A DNA stretch of 64,000 bases from the human T2T-CHM13v2.0 reference genome, Homo sapiens, in assembly GCF_009914755.1 (NCBI RefSeq), contig NC_060947.1. One strand, given 5' to 3'. The notes under the pieces are model-generated. The model saw only the letters and a program-made list of their open reading frames with translations. It was not told the DNA's origin and did not search any database. Shown piece after piece: positions 11,845-24,912 of the stretch; position 1 is the stretch's first letter; the number at the start of each line of letters is the position of its first letter. A program made the position numbers and the translations under genes.

Positions 11845-14149
11845 TTAGACAGCAGCTCAGTGATATGAGCTGATAGAGTTTCCGCCATCCTATAGTCTCA
11901 TCTAGAGAAGATGACCTCTTAGGTGGAAGCAGCAAGGAATAAGAGTGATTAGATAACTAATCATAGCTTTTTTATTGCTTGAATCCAGAGGAAACCATGC
12001 CCTTTCCGTGTGGCTAGAATTCGTCACGTGAATTTTTAAATTGCAAGGGAGATGATTGATGAAGTCTTCCACGTGCCAGGTGATCATAAGTAATGTTTTG
12101 TAAGTATTGTAAATACTCCAGTGTAATGATTTATGACAATTTATAATGTATTTCTTGCATTATTTTTATTGACTGTCATCAACAGTAAGGTATATAGTCA
12201 GGCAGGTTAATGACTCAGAATTGCCAAACTACCCTCCCAAATGATATCATTTATCAGTAAGGATCTATGCTACTTCATGCATATAATCTTTGAATTTGGG
12301 TGAAATTGCTCTCTGATTGGATGTTTTATTCCACTGTAATTCATTTTAGGTCTTCTAACCAGTGCCATAATGTATTGAATAATACCTTCTTCTTTTCTTT
12401 AGAAAATTGCTTCAAGGGATTTAATTTTACAGGTGAAAAGTGGGTTTATATCAGTATATGCAAACCTAGCAACCATCTGAATATCCCTGCTTTTTGGATA
12501 GCCTTCAGAGAGGACGATAATAAATGAATTGGACACTCACAATTATTCACTAACTAGAAAACTCGTGGAGATATCTGAACCGAAAATAATACCAATTGGC
12601 TTCCTGTCCCACTGAGAAACCTGAGTACCTATCCCTAAGCCACTTTACAAAGTCCTGTGTCTTTGGTAGAAAAAGTAACTAACAGTAGTGATTACCAAAT
12701 ATGAAAGTAAAATGTTGACTGACACTATATTCCTGAGTTTAAAGCCCACATTCAGAAATCAAGTTCAAACTGTCACTTTCTAAATGCATGCAGATTGTAT
12801 CATCTCTGCCGATCTGGCTTATATAATAAACACTGCAACCACCTCCGAGGAGTATGAAACAACTATATGCCCTAAAATACAACCATCTGCATCAGTGTCT
12901 GTCTTGGATTATTAAAGTGAAAGCAGGGTCCTTCAGGTTTTATTTGAAACCTACCTGCATCTGAACCATTTTAAGATTGCTTTGTATGAATTCATTACAA
13001 TTTCAAATATTTCTATACATTTACATTGCTGATGTTACTTCCATTTGTGTCAACGGTGGTATCCTGAATGTTTTATGCAGGTATGCTGGTATACACATAT
13101 ACTAATATGAGGTGCAGAAGCTCACCCAAGGCAATGCCCGATTTCTCAATGAGTAGATAATGATGAAAAAAATACGTATGTCAAACTTCTCATCTTTGAG
13201 ACCTAAAAAGTCATTCCAAAACCATCTGGAAACAAGTATTACTTAAATGTCAACTTTAGATTAAATTTTGCAGCCATCTTTGAAGAATGTTTAATGTCTA
13301 AAAGCACTTCTTTGAAAGATGGTGGCTCCAAAGTTTTTAATCCTAGTTATTTCTAAGTTTCCAAAGAACTCTGCAACAGATTACTTCAAGAACTGGCAAA
13401 GATTGTTACAACACCTGGATTTAATTTGTTCTAGGCGGCATCTTGCTTTGGGTTAGAGGGTGGGAGGAATTAACACAGGTTTGACTTTTGAGATCTGAGT
13501 TACAAGGCCAGTGGGATAAGAAAGTGGAGATAGAAGCATTCCATCATTCTGACCTCTCTGAGCAAACGAAAGATTATCGAAAATGACTTACAGAAAAAGT
13601 GCTTTCCTGTTCAACTAAATGAAATTCAGACCTTATCATCTGGGATACAATGTATTGTATCAATAACCTGCACGGCTATCTGGTTATACTCACTCTGAAG
13701 GATTTACTGAGTTATTTGAAAATGTGTTTATGTACAGACACACACACACACGCACACAACGTAAGATTACATTGTGCTATGTAAACACAAAGACAAGTGA
13801 TAGAACAGCATTTTCACACAGCAGCTGGAAAGGAGTACCATGGAGATTTGCAATAGAAGAGTTTTTTGATAAGCACAATGTAATACAACGGGATACTGTT
13901 TTTAATTCTGTTTCTGAAAAGTCACCTTGGAACTACATGATCTTGATAAGTGGACCCTCCTATTTACAATATAGGCTGTGTAATTAAAGATGCAAGTAGA
14001 GGGCCTCAGTCGAATAATTTCTCTAGTGAACTTATTGTCTCTTTTGAAGTCAAAAATCTACGAATGTTCAAGTGTAGTTTGTATTAAGCATAAGAGTGTT
14101 TCTCCTGCCCCATTCTTGTTTATCAAAAAGTACTGTTATCTTGCTTCTT

Positions 14150-14311
14150 CCTCATGCCTTTCTGTTGAGTATAAAACTATCATCTCCATTTCATCCTCAT
14201 TTTTTTTTTGAGTTTGGAAACCAAGACTTAGAGAGGTTAAGTATCTTGTTCACTTCACACAGCTATAAAAAACAACAATAGGACTCATATACAAATATGT
14301 CTAACTCCAAG
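14150..14311 (-). mobile_element. MIR fragment
   Basis: ...ggaaaccaagacttagagaggttaagtatcttg...cacacagcta...ctaactccaag. Confidence 0.65.
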
Positions 14312-15119
14312 CAATTATTATATTTACACTCTTCTTTTGTGGCATGGCAATCAATGTAAACAATGGCAAAATTTCCATTTAAAAAGGAGCTCAAAGATTA
14401 TCTAATACAACATCATCACCTGATAATTTGATCTCTATAGCGCACCCATATTTGGTTACCTGTAATTTTTATATTTGGTGGATAATGTGGAAGATGTAGG
14501 AGAATTCAGTTCTCTGTGTCTGAGTTGAGTGGATCTTTTCAGTGCCCTAGTTCTTCTGCTTCCACCCAGCTATTGGAGCTCTCTCCTGATACTTGGGCCC
14601 TGCAGATGGTCTTGGACTCTAGCTCTCCATGTTCCCCCATCTGCAAGGCTAAATGAGGGATTCAGTATGTCCAAAAGGAAGACGTACTTTTTGAATAACA
14701 GCATTTAAGGCACTTGGTGGGTTGATTGGGAAACTGGCTTTGAAGCTGGGTGGACGGTGGTTGAGTGTTTGTTCAAGATTATAGTTGAGAAAACCGTGGT
14801 TAACGATTTTAGTTCCCTGGGGCCTTGTCACCCTCACCGTTTTACCAGCCATCACAGCTACAGCATTGTGTCCTGTCCTGCACAAAAACTGGCCTTGATA
14901 ATGCCCCACACTGTCTAGTGCAAAGTTTTCTTGTTCATGAAACTTGCTAAACTGCAGGATCCACGTGACTTATATTGCATTCCACAGTAGTCTTCGTCCC
15001 TCCTTCTCTTCCTCGCTCCTTCCCTTCTCTCTCTCTCTCTCTCAAATAGATTATTGCCACATTCACAGGCTTGTTTGATATTTATAAAATAAGGCAGATT
15101 TTTTTTAACAGAGAAAATT

Positions 15120-15420
15120 ACTGTATTTCAGTTAATGTTAGGTTTGGTAAGGGGATTTCATATATTACACTATTGGGTCCTGTTGAATTCTCTATTCACG
15201 TAATTCCTGAGAGGTTTCTTTTTTTTCCCCCAATACATGTTGTTACTGCTTCATTTCTCCTTCATCCTCCAGCTATAAAGTTGAAGTTTTTGATTCCAAG
15301 TACCAAGCCTTTTCATATTAGATTTATATCTACCATATCAGGGCCTATTACATTAGATTCATTATACTCCATTTAGTCCATTGTTCCATGGTTATTTTTT
15401 AAGTAATTTAGTAGTCAATA
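15120..15420 (-). mobile_element. L3/CR1 LINE fragment (3' part of RT)
   Basis: ttacactattgggtcctgttgaattc...ttttgattccaagtacc...tagtccattgttcca resembles the CR1 antisense consensus; collinear with 21394-21880. Confidence 0.55.
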
Positions 15421-15795
15421 TTTTTCATGTTTTTTAAAAAAATATTTAGGAACTGGTGGAGGAATTGCATTTTTTTATGATTATGAAGCTAAGTAATTTT
15501 GTATTTGTATTTTTTGGATGAATTTCTCTTCATATGCTTTGACCATTTTTCTGTGGCATATTCTTATTTTTTCTTTGTATTTTTTTTTTAAACTTTTATT
15601 TTAGGTTCGGGGTACATGTGCAGTTTTGTTATTTTGGCAAACTCATGTCGCGGGGGTTGTTGTGTAGATTATATTGTCATCAAGGTACTAAGCCTAGTAT
15701 CCAATAATTATTTTTTGTGATTCTCTCCCTCCACCCACCCTCCACCCTCAGGTAGTCCCCAGTGTCTTTTATTTCCCTCTTTGAGTTAGCTGTAT

Positions 15796-15894
15796 TGAAG
15801 GGGGCCAGCCCCTCCACACCTGTGGGTGTTTCTTTTCAGGTGCGACGAGAGACTGAGAAAAGAAATAAGACACAGAGACAAAGTATAGAGAAAG
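15796..15894 (-). mobile_element. 99-bp 3'-terminal (U5) fragment of an HERV-K(HML-2) LTR5A/B
   Basis: tgaagggggccagcccctccacacctgtggg...gagactgagaaaagaaataagacacagagacaaagtatagagaaag; flanked by tgtat(t) on both sides. Confidence 0.8.
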
Positions 15895-17127
15895 TGTATT
15901 CCTTGATATTTTATTCTTTTTGTAGCAACTGTGAATGGTATTACATTCCTGTTTTGGCTTGTTGCTTGAAGGTTGTTGGTGTATAGGAATGCTAGTGACT
16001 TTTGTATGATAATTTTGTATCCTAAAACTTTGCTGAATTTTTCATCAGGTGAAGGAGCTTTTGGCTGAGACTATGGGGTTTTCTGGATACAGGATTATGT
16101 CATCTGCAAACAGGGATAATTTGACTTCCTCTCTTCTTATTTGGATCCCATTTATTTCATTCTCTTGCCTGATTGTTCTGGCTAGGACTTAGAATACTAT
16201 GTTGAATATGAATAGTGAGAGAGCATCCTTGTGTTTTTCAGGTTTTCAAGGAGAATGCTTCTAGCTTTTGCCCATGCAGTATGATGCTGGCTGTGGGTCT
16301 GCCATAGATGGCTCTTATTATTTTGAATTATGTTTCTTCAATAATTATTTTGTTGAGCATTTCTAACATAAACAGGATAAATTTTATCAAAAGCCTTTTT
16401 AGTATCTATTGAGATGATCATGTGGTTTTTGTCATTAGTTCTGTTTGTTTGATGAATCACATTTATTGATTTGCATATGTTGAACCAACCTTGCGTCCCA
16501 GGGACAAAGCCTACGTTATGGTGGTGGATTAGCATTTTGATGTGCTGCTGAATTTGATTTGCTAGTATTTTGTTGAGGATTTTTGCATCAATGCTTATAA
16601 GAGATAGTGGCCTCAATTTTTTTTTTATTGTGCGTGTGCCAGGTTTTGGTATCAGTATGATGCTGGCCTCATAGATTGAGTTGGAGAGGAGTCCTTCCTC
16701 CTCAATTTTTTGGAATATTTTCAGTAAGAATGGTACCAGCTCTTCTTTGTACATCTAGTAGAATTTGTCTGTATATCTGTTTGGTCCTGGGCTTTTTTAT
16801 TTTTTTATTTTTTTATTTTTGGTTTGTAGGCTGTTTATTGCTGATTCAATTTCAGAGCTCATTATTGGTCGGTTCAGGTTTGCAATTTCTTCCTGGTTCA
16901 GTCTTGGGAGGGTGTATGTGTCCAGGAATATATCCAGCTCTTCTAGCTTTTCTAGTTTGTGTACATAGAGGTGTTCATGGTTTTTGTCTCAGATGGTTAT
17001 TTGTATTTCTGTGGGATCAGTGGTAACAACCCCTTTGTTATTTCTAATTGTATTTATTTGAATCTTCTCTTTTTTCTTTATTAGCATAGCTAGTGGTCTA
17101 TCTTATTTAGTTTTTCTTTTTTTTTTT

Positions 17128-17159
17128 TTCAAAAGATCAAGAAATCCAGGAGCTGTTTA

Positions 17160-17191
<32 letters not shown>

Positions 17192-17218
17192 AGCTCCTGG
17201 ATTTCTTGATCTTTTGAA
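17128..17218. repeat. Perfect 31-bp inverted repeat around an A-tract
   Basis: ttcaaaagatcaagaaatccaggagctgttt [ac+A27] aaacagctcctggatttcttgatcttttgaa. Confidence 0.97.
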
Positions 17219-20200
17219 TGCTTTTTCCTGTCTCAGTCTCTTTTAGTTCAGTTCTAATTCTTCTTGTCTTCTGCTAGCTTTGTGTTTCGTTTGCTCTTGC
17301 TTCTCTAGTTCATTTATGTGTGACATTAGGTTGCTAATTTGAGATCTTTCTACCTTTTGAGTGTGGGCATTTATTTAGTGCTATAAATTTTCCTGTTAAC
17401 ACTGCCTCAGCCATGTCCCAGAGATTCTCGTGTGCTGTATCTTTGTTCTCATTAGTTTCAAAGAACTTCTTGATTTCTATGTTAATTTCATTGTTTATCC
17501 AAAAGTCGTTTAATAGCAGGTTATTTCATTTTCATGTACTTGTATGTTTTTTAAATCAATTTTCTTAGTCTTGATTTCTATTTTTATTCCACTATGGTCC
17601 AAGAGAGTAGGTGATATAATAGCTCTTTTACATTTGCTGAAGATTATTTTATGTCTGACTGTGTGGTCAATTTCAGAATACATGCCATGTGGTGACGAGA
17701 AGAATGTATATTCTGGTTTTGGGGGGGTAGCGAGTTCTGTAGATGTCTATCAGGCCCATTTGGTCCAGTGTTGAGTTCAAGTCCTGAATATCTTTGTAAA
17801 TTTTCTGCCTCAGTGATCTGTCTAATACTGTCAGTGGGGTATTGAAGACCCCCACTATTATTGTATAGGAGTCCAAGTCTCTTTGACGGTCTCTGAGAGC
17901 TTGCTTTGTGAACCTGTGTGCTCCTGTGTTGAGTGCATATATATTTAGGGTAATTAGGTCTTCTTGTTGAATTGAACCCTTCACCATTATGTAATGCCCT
18001 TCTTTGTCTTTTTTGATCTTTGTTTATTTAAGGTCTGTTTTGTATAAAATTATGATTGCAACCCCTGCTTTTTTCTGTTTCCATTTTCTTGGTAAGTTTT
18101 TCTCCATCCCTTTATTTTGAGCCTATGTGTGTCACTGCATGTGAGATGGGTCTCTTGGAAACAACATTTCATTGGGTCTTGCTTCTTTATCCAGCTTGCT
18201 ACTCTGTGCTGTTTAATTGGGACATTTATCCTGTTTACACTGATGGTTAGTATTGGTATGTGTGGATTCGATCCTGTAATCATGCTGTTAGCTGGTTATT
18301 ATGCAGAGTTGTTTGTGTGGTTGCTTTATAGTGTCAGTGGTCTGTGTACTTCAGTCTGTTTATGTAGTGGCTAGTAATGTTCTTTCCTTTCCATATTTAG
18401 TGCTTCTTTCAGGAGTTCTTTTAGGGCAGGTCTGGTGGTAACAATTTTCCTCAGCATTTTCTGGTCTGAAAAGGATCTTTTTTCTCCTTCGCTTATGAAG
18501 CTCAGTTTGGCCAGATAGGAAATTCTTGGTTGCAATTTCTTTTCTTTATGAATGTTGAATATAGGCCCCCAATCTCTTCTGTCTTGTAGGGTTTCTGTTG
18601 AGAGGTCCTCTGTTAGTCTGGTGAGCTTCCCTTTGTAGATGGCCTGTCCTTCCTCTCTGGCTGCCTTTAATATTTTTTCTTTCATTTTGATCTTGGAGAA
18701 TATGATGATTATGTGTCATGGGGATTATCTTCTTGTGAAGCATCTTGAGGAAGTTCTCTCCATTTTCGGAATTTGGATGTTGGCTTCTCTTACTAGGTTG
18801 GGGAAATTCTCCTGGATAAAATATTGAAATATAGTTTCCAAGTTGCTTCTATTCTCCCCATTTTTTTCAGGGAAGCCAATGAGTTGTAGATTTGGTCTCT
18901 ACAGAATTCCATATTTCTCAGAGGTTTTATTCATTCCTTTATATTCTTCTGTCTTTACTTTTGTCTGACTGTCTTATTTCAGAAAGCCAGTCTTCAAGCT
19001 CTGAAATTTTTTTCTCAGCTTAGACTTTGCAGCTATTAATTTTTACCATTGCGGTATAAAATTGTTGTAGTGTTTATCATTCAGCTCTATCAGATCAGTT
19101 ACATTCTTTTGTATACTGGCTATTTTGTCTGTCAGCTCCTGTACCATTTTACTGTAATTCATAGCTTCCTTAGACTGGGTTTCAATGTTCTCCTGAATCT
19201 TGATGATCTATATTCCTATTCATATTCTGATTTATACTTCTGTCCTTTCAGCCATCTTATCTCAGTTTTGAACCCTTGATGGAGGACTAGTGCAATGGTT
19301 TAGAGGAAAAAAGGCACTCTTGTTTTTTGAGTTGTCAGAGTGCTTCTGTTGATTCTTTGTCATCTTTGTGGGTTGATGTCCATTCAACCTTTGAAGTTGC
19401 TGTTCTTTGAAATTTGTTTTCTTTTATCCTGTGTGATTACCTTGGGGATTTGATTATGGTATAATGTGGGTTCAGGCAACTGGCTTCATTTCTGGAAGAT
19501 TTTAGTGGGCCAAGGCTCAGCTCAAGACTCCTGGACTGCATTCTCTAACTTCGGGGGACTGGCATTGGGCCCTGGCTTTGTTCTCTCACGCCTTGAAATT
19601 GGAAACCTGCTTTACTGGAGGGACTGAGGTGCTCATGGACCACTGGTCACAACACTCTGATGGATTGGGCCAGCCAAAGCACTTTGTAGGGCAATGTCAC
19701 TGGGATTCTGTTCTCGATTGCATGTGCCAAGAGCAGCAGCAGTGGCAGCATGGCAGGGTACAAGCTCTTCAGCTACAGCAGGGTGCTAGCTGTTGCTGGG
19801 GTACTGGCTTCTGTGTGGTCATTCGTAGCAGTGGCATTGGCAGCACAGCTTGGAGGTTTCTCTGCCAGTGACTGTGTGTATTAGTGTCAATGTTGGTATT
19901 AATACAGGGGGACGGTGCTGGTGGGTGTAGAACTGTGTGCATCTTCACGTGGGTGGCAGTAGCCAATCAGGGTGGGGCAATTGATCCGCTATTTTCCTTG
20001 CCTAGTTTCATGCTAGTGGCCATGTGGGCTCAGGAGCCAGGCACTGTCAGGGATGGGACTGGCAGACTCCATGGCCACCCATGCTCCCATGGCAATGGCA
20101 CTGGGGTAGGAAGTAGGGGCGGCGGTGCACTCATCCTGGCAGAAGCATCATGCCAGGGTGCATCTGCACACCTGCCCTGTCAGAGAAAGGAAGACAAGGT

Positions 20201-20863
20201 CAGCCTGTGCAAACGTGTGCTGACAAAACAATGTAGGGGGTGACTGTGGGCAAGTGCCTGGAGGCAGAGCAGCATGGGGAGGTGGAAGTTTCAGGGGTAC
20301 AGGCAGACCGGTGTGTGTCCATGGTGGCCATTCTGCTGGAGCTCTCTGCCAGTGAGGTGCAGTCCACCAACCCAAGAGCTATGAAGCGGGCTCCTAGAAG
20401 GTATTACCCCTGGATACTTGAGGTTGTACTGCAAGCAGGCGCAGCCAGGCTTGGGCCCCAGGAGAGGCCAGCATACGAAGGTGGTCAGGTCTGACTGACC
20501 CTGTCTCGTGGACAAGACCACTCTGCAGAGTTCAGGTCTGGCGGTTCCTCTAGAGCTAAAGTCTCCTATAGGAACAAGTCAAGCCTGGGGGATGGGCATC
20601 CCTGGCCATACTTCACTACAGAGGCTCCTGCACCAAAGCCCCTGGGCTCTGCATCAGCTGGAGCCCCTACCGCTTCTCTAAACAGCTCTTCCTGCCATCT
20701 CAAATATCAGTGGTGGTCATGGGGTCTCCTCCTGCCGGGATTCCAGAGTGGTGATAGCAGGTTGCTTCTTGTCTGCTCACTCACTCCTTCCCCAGGAGTC
20801 ACTGGGGGCCAGGAACAAGTCCTGGTGTGTGGTGGCCCTGCACAGATTTTTCAGCTTCCTCCC

Positions 20864-21241
20864 TGATATGGTTTGGCTCTGCGTCCCCACCAACATCTCA
20901 TCTTGAATTGTAACCCTCATAATCCCCATGTGTTGAAGGCGAGATCTAGTGGGAGGTGATCGGATCATGGGGGCAGTTTCCCTCATGCTGTTCTCGTGAT
21001 AGTGAGTGAATTCTCATGAGATCTGATGGTTTTATAAGTGTTTGACAGTTCCACCTACATGCACTCATACTCTCTTCTGCCACCTTGTGAAGAAGGTGCC
21101 TGCTTCCCCTTCCTACATGATTGTAAGTTTCATGAGGCTTCCCCAGCCATATGGAACTGTGAGTCAATTAAACCTCCTTTGTTTATAAATTACCCTGTGT
21201 GGGGTACTATCTTTATAGCAGTGTGAGAATGGACTAATACA
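20864..21241 (+). mobile_element. THE1D-like MaLR solo LTR inserted in the L1 5'UTR
   Basis: tgatatggtttggctctg...gaactgtgagtcaattaaacctc...ggactaataca; flanks ctccc/ccccc. Confidence 0.9.
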
Positions 21242-21393
21242 CCCCCCTTAGGCCCAGCATGTGCGTCTTCCCTCTATCCACTCTCAATGCCTTCCCTCTG
21301 AAGATCTGCAAGGAGTGTGCCAGTCTTCCCGATGTGCCAGTCCCTTGGTGGCATATGTTTCTCCTAGCTACATCTATTTGGCCATCTTGCCCC

Positions 21394-21880
21394 TGTTTTG
21401 CTTTCTCATCTTTTTGATATTTCTACAAATGTGTCAATTATGCCTTCTATGTTCTTATCCAACCAATTGAAGAAAACAGCAAGCAAGGTAAATTCCAACA
21501 GAGGTTTGCAGCATAATACTGTATACTTTTCCCCACGTTGATATCTGTAGTTAAATTGCACACCTTGGATACACTTGTTAACACAGGTACTGATCCACCT
21601 AATTGTCCTAGCTTTTTGTTCAGTTTCCTTGTTGCCTGCAGGGGTCTCATGACAGCCCGTGTCAGATTCTAGGATTGGGCTGATCTCTGCAGATGGTGTC
21701 TTTGCATCATTTGACTGAAGGGGTTCAATGTTTATGGATCTTAAAATATGGGCCCTTTCTTGGGATCTGGAGAGGCTATGGCCATGAATTAGTCCTAGGC
21801 ATCCCAAAAGGAGTTTGGTTTGTTCTAGAAAATACCAGAAAAAAAGGATTTGATCTGAAACGGGCTTATAAAAGAATATT
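21394..21880 (-). mobile_element. L3/CR1 LINE reverse-transcriptase fragment
   Basis: ORF 21406-21897 contains FFNWLDKNIEGIIDTFVE ~ CR1 FINDLDEGIEGMLIKFADD, plus TIRWI ~ TVRWI. Confidence 0.7.
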
Positions 21881-23924
21881 TGGATGACCTCTGGCAACTA
21901 GTGTTGGTGCCTTTTATCCTTAGTTTTATTATTTTTTTCTGAAATCTCTTATACCAATTTATGTCATGTTATAACCTTATTCCATGCTGTGTTGGATAAA
22001 TTATGTGGAAGAGAGGCCCACCTGGAACTAAATAATGAAATATAGTATTGTTAGCTTTGTGAAGCCAACCTCTGAATGATTCTTTCTGTATTCACATAAT
22101 ACAGAATTCACAGAATAGATTCTCATTTAAGAGTTGGATTCATTTATTTAATTTATTAAGAAGCTTCACCAGTTTTCTCTAGGAAGATGCTAAGTGGGCT
22201 AGTACTACCTTTCATGAGCTCTGATGTTAGTCTGGAAGCAGTGATGACCTAAGGTGAATGGTTATCAGCATTCGAGTGGAGAATATGACTTCTCATTTTA
22301 AACACCTCCCATTTTCTGATAGCATAGACGTACAAATATGTCAGAAACCATTTATACTCATCATACAACAACTGAAATTCCTGAGAGTGCATGACAAGAG
22401 GCCTATGAAGGTAATTATTATTTTTTAATTCTCTTTAACCCCTTGATCACATATGTCAATATTGTTCATTGTCAGAAATTTCAGGTCCCTGGAACTTCTG
22501 CTGTTTCAAAAAAAGTGAGAGCCCCAAGAGAAACAGGGAATGAACTCAAGATCTTGGTATGAATCCATTTTTATTGTTAAAGAAAATGATGGATGTGTCT
22601 GGTGCCAATCCTTGAAGTCATACTACAGTATAAAAGTGATTGTTTGGCTATTAGAAAAACTAATAATATAAATCCCCATGCAGTCAAATTCAAGTAAATC
22701 TTGATTTGTGGGGCAAAATAACACATATAATTTACCATTTCTCATTGTATTTAGTTAATCGTATACTTCACCCTATTGTCTGGAGTTCACTGCAGTAATT
22801 GCCAATTTTAGTACATCCTTTAGATGCCATGAGGAACAGGTGCAGCTTTTTAAATTGTTCACAGTCCCATTTATTACCCTACATTGGAAAATTAATTGAG
22901 TCATATTTGAATACTTACTCACTCCAGTTTGCATGCAGATTGTTGAAAATTCTCTTTACATCTACAAGAAACTAACACCATTCTTGTGTTTGCCATCTTT
23001 CCCTCTTTCTCTCTCTCTTCTCCTTCTGTCTCTCATACTTTTCTGGTGCCTGTACTTCTGTGCCCATTTTTCTCTGCACTGAAATAATAAATGCTTCTGT
23101 AGTTTTCAAAGCTCTACAGGTGATTCTGATACTCAGACAACGTGTATAACCCTTAGATTAATCTGTTAACCAGGCTTAGTGTTAACCAGGCTTACGGATG
23201 ATATATTCTATTAGGTGTAGTAAGACATGTATGTTCTTTTAATCACATATTTAATTGTATTTTTATCTCCAATTGTATCTTGTTGAAATCTATTAGCTGT
23301 AAGAGCGATACTCCCTTATGTATTAATTCATAAATTCAGTTGATTGTGTATCTACTATTTATTAAACACTATGATACTATACTCCATGTCCCTTCTATTA
23401 TTAGCTCTGTTATTCTTGATTTTGTTTTAGCAGTTTTATTGACTTTTCTATGAAAATGGAACTCTGAACTCCTATGTTCCTGTCTCTTTTCTCTAATTCT
23501 TTCTAATTCCAATTCGTTAATCTGCACCAGATTCTCAATTTCTCCCTTGGCTTGAGAGTTTGATTGTTTTTCTTTCCCATACACTATATATTGACTCAAG
23601 TTAGGCTTACCATTGCAGCTGTAAATTTAGAATCTTAACTCTGGAGAAGAACTCAGTTCAAAAACAGTTTTGGGAGCCAGTCACATAATAAAAAACTTAC
23701 ATGAGAATTTAAAATACACTAATAACTGTGTTTTCTCATTTGACATTCTGGAAAAGTCTTATTTTGTAGGTAAAGAAACTGAGATTCACAGAAATTAAGT
23801 GACTCTCTCCACCTTACTGTTTTGCCTCACACCCGAGAGCTCTGGGTGAGTAGCAAAACTCTGAAACCTTAGTTGTCTATCTTATATTCCTTCTGCCAGA
23901 CTATAGAACACAATAATCTTTCTA

Positions 23925-24090
23925 GAGATAAACTACTCAAATTTAATGGATATGTAGATCCCCTGGGGATCTTGCAAAATGTAAATTCTGGCACAGTATG
24001 TCTGGCGTTGCACCTGAGATTTTTCATTTTTAACAAGCTACCAAGTGATGTTCATGCTGCTGGTCTGCAGACCTCACTTTGAGTAGCAAG
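23925..24090. mobile_element. MER5A-like hAT MITE
   Basis: ...taacaagctaccaagtgatgttcatgctgctggtctgcagacctcactttgagtagcaag. Confidence 0.8.
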
Positions 24091-24744
24091 ACTTGAATAT
24101 TCCGGGTGGTATTATTACTATATCACAGGACTTATAGAAACAAGTCTTCTTCCCTTCCTTCATTGGTAAATTCTGCTTTGGGACTAAGGAAGAGCTGATG
24201 GAAACATAACTAAGGTCTTTGTTTATTTGAGGTCTGGAGTGCTGCTAGCTTGTCAGGAGCAGCTTAGTCCAGTAGCCTGATTGTGTGTCCTTGTCTTCTC
24301 CCAGTGAAGAGAAGCGATCAATCTCTCGCTCTTATTCACTCTACCATTTCTGATTGTGTACATGACAACAAATGCATAATTAAATCCCTTCCATTTTATT
24401 TTACCTTTGTCCTCCAAAACCCTTTTGATCTGAAATAAATGCATCACTGGGATTTTATGTTCTGTAGCAGCAGCAAGCAAGGATTCAACAGAGCCAGGAA
24501 ATGAAGCCTCTACTATGCATTACTTAGGTAATTACTCAAGCTCAAAGCAAGGTATCTTGATATTTTGTCACCTGAATGACAGCTCCTTAAATTCTCCAAT
24601 TCTAAGAACAAAATTGGTCCCAGGGTCAGAGATAGGACCAAGCATAGATATGAGATCAAATGGTTTGACAGTGTAGAGAAAGAAGCTGCAGGAACAGAGA
24701 TCTGTTGGAGTGTTACAGAGTCTAGAGAGGTTATCATCTTGTAT

Positions 24745-24912
24745 TGTTCATTGAAATAAACTCCAAAGCTTATTTAAAATTCAGAATATTAGATCTCACT
24801 TCCAGAAAATCAGAATCAGTAGGTATAGGGTGGGGTTCATAAATATGCATCTTTTAAAAGCACAACTGCTATTCTGATGCATACTGTGGAGCCCACACTT
24901 TGAGAAAAACTG
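24745..24912. mobile_element. MER5-family hAT MITE
   Basis: cagaatcagtaggtatagggtggggttc...gcatc...attctgatgc...cacactttgagaaaaactg. Confidence 0.7.

Larger units (their letters stand above)
15578..21393 (-). mobile_element. Near full-length older L1PA (about L1PA13-16/L1PREC2) with a long 5'UTR and a ~1.5-kb deletion in the ORF2 3' part
   Basis: 5' end ggggcaagatggcc (revcomp at 21380-21393); ORF1 remnant MKEKILKAAREEG..YLAKLSF (18371-18685); ORF2 remnants TGSNPHI (18283), [22 protein letters not shown]; 3'UTR/poly-T at 15578-15784. Confidence 0.92.

Noticed and set aside
12300-12527. Possible exon after the ttttacag acceptor at ~12432
   Set aside because: No recognisable protein similarity and no convincing paired donor; cannot be supported from sequence alone.
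19578-20521. Cluster of GC-rich ORFs on both strands
   Set aside because: They lie in the 5'UTR of the minus-strand L1; low stop frequency reflects GC content.
23164-23194. 15-16-bp tandem duplication tgttaaccaggctta(g)
   Set aside because: Ordinary slippage duplication with only two units.
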